The position numbers and the translations under genes were made by a program. This document shows, one piece after another, positions 63,999-64,000 of a stretch of 64,000 bases of DNA; position 1 is the stretch's first letter; each line of letters starts with the position of its first letter. Below the pieces are notes generated by a model. It was not told the origin of the DNA. It was given only the letters and a program-made list of their open reading frames with translations, and searched no databases. The stretch is from the IMG/VR virus record IMGVR_UViG_3300027740_000003, positions 352,001-416,000 of that record; one strand, given 5' to 3'. Source of the stretch: a virus. Its lineage: Duplodnaviria > Caudoviricetes.

Positions 63999-64000
63999 CG

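Noticed and set aside
1-64000. tRNA, tmRNA or rRNA genes
   Set aside because: Intergenic gaps are short, and none showed cloverleaf arms or T-loop GTTCRA signatures on inspection; a tRNAscan/Infernal run would be needed to exclude them fully.
1-64000. Cellular (CPR or other small-genome bacterium) origin because of tig, infC, clpP, topA, coaBC
   Set aside because: The housekeeping genes are isolated among ORFans without their usual operons (no thrS-infC-rpmI-rplT, no tig-clpP-clpX), and 64 kb is single-stranded in coding with phage-type nucleotide and HNH genes. No capsid or terminase gene is in this window, so the phage call remains an inference.

Overview
AT-rich, densely coding window with every supportable gene on the minus strand, many joined by TAATG/ATGA stop-start overlaps. 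Gene content fits a very large (jumbo/huge) dsDNA bacteriophage rather than a cell; this is inference from content. Replication and repair: DnaE PHP domain, stand-alone primase Zn finger, SbcCD, TopA, PD-(D/E)XK nuclease, family-4 UDG. Nucleotide enzymes: dNMP kinase, dUTPase, HD nucleotidase, Nudix. Scattered host-like translation and proteostasis genes: trigger factor, peptide deformylase-SEC-C, IF3, bS21, bL12-CTD-like, thioredoxin, ClpP, DksA. Also split CoaB/CoaC, two orphan methyltransferases, HNH nucleases, NADAR, an RNA ligase and many small ORFans. No rRNA, tRNA or CRISPR array was recognised. The standout observation is a family of 20 small genes (one frameshifted) in four clusters (1.2-1.7, 26.3-27.6, 38.7-39.7, 46.2-49.3 kb). 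Their bodies fall into at least four unrelated-looking sequence classes, yet all end in the same peptide, (L/C)(S/T)x(D/E)(D/E)hhIK(D/N)IIE-stop. The tail codons vary synonymously, so the peptide itself appears selected. Its Lys codon is AAG (giving an AAGGA Shine-Dalgarno-like site) almost exactly when the next gene is stop-start coupled. The tail therefore looks like both a portable protein docking tag and a self-coupling gene-cassette junction. A six-member sigma70-type promoter family (TTGACAGA-N14-T-TAnnTT), several apparently leaderless genes and several decaying genes were also found.
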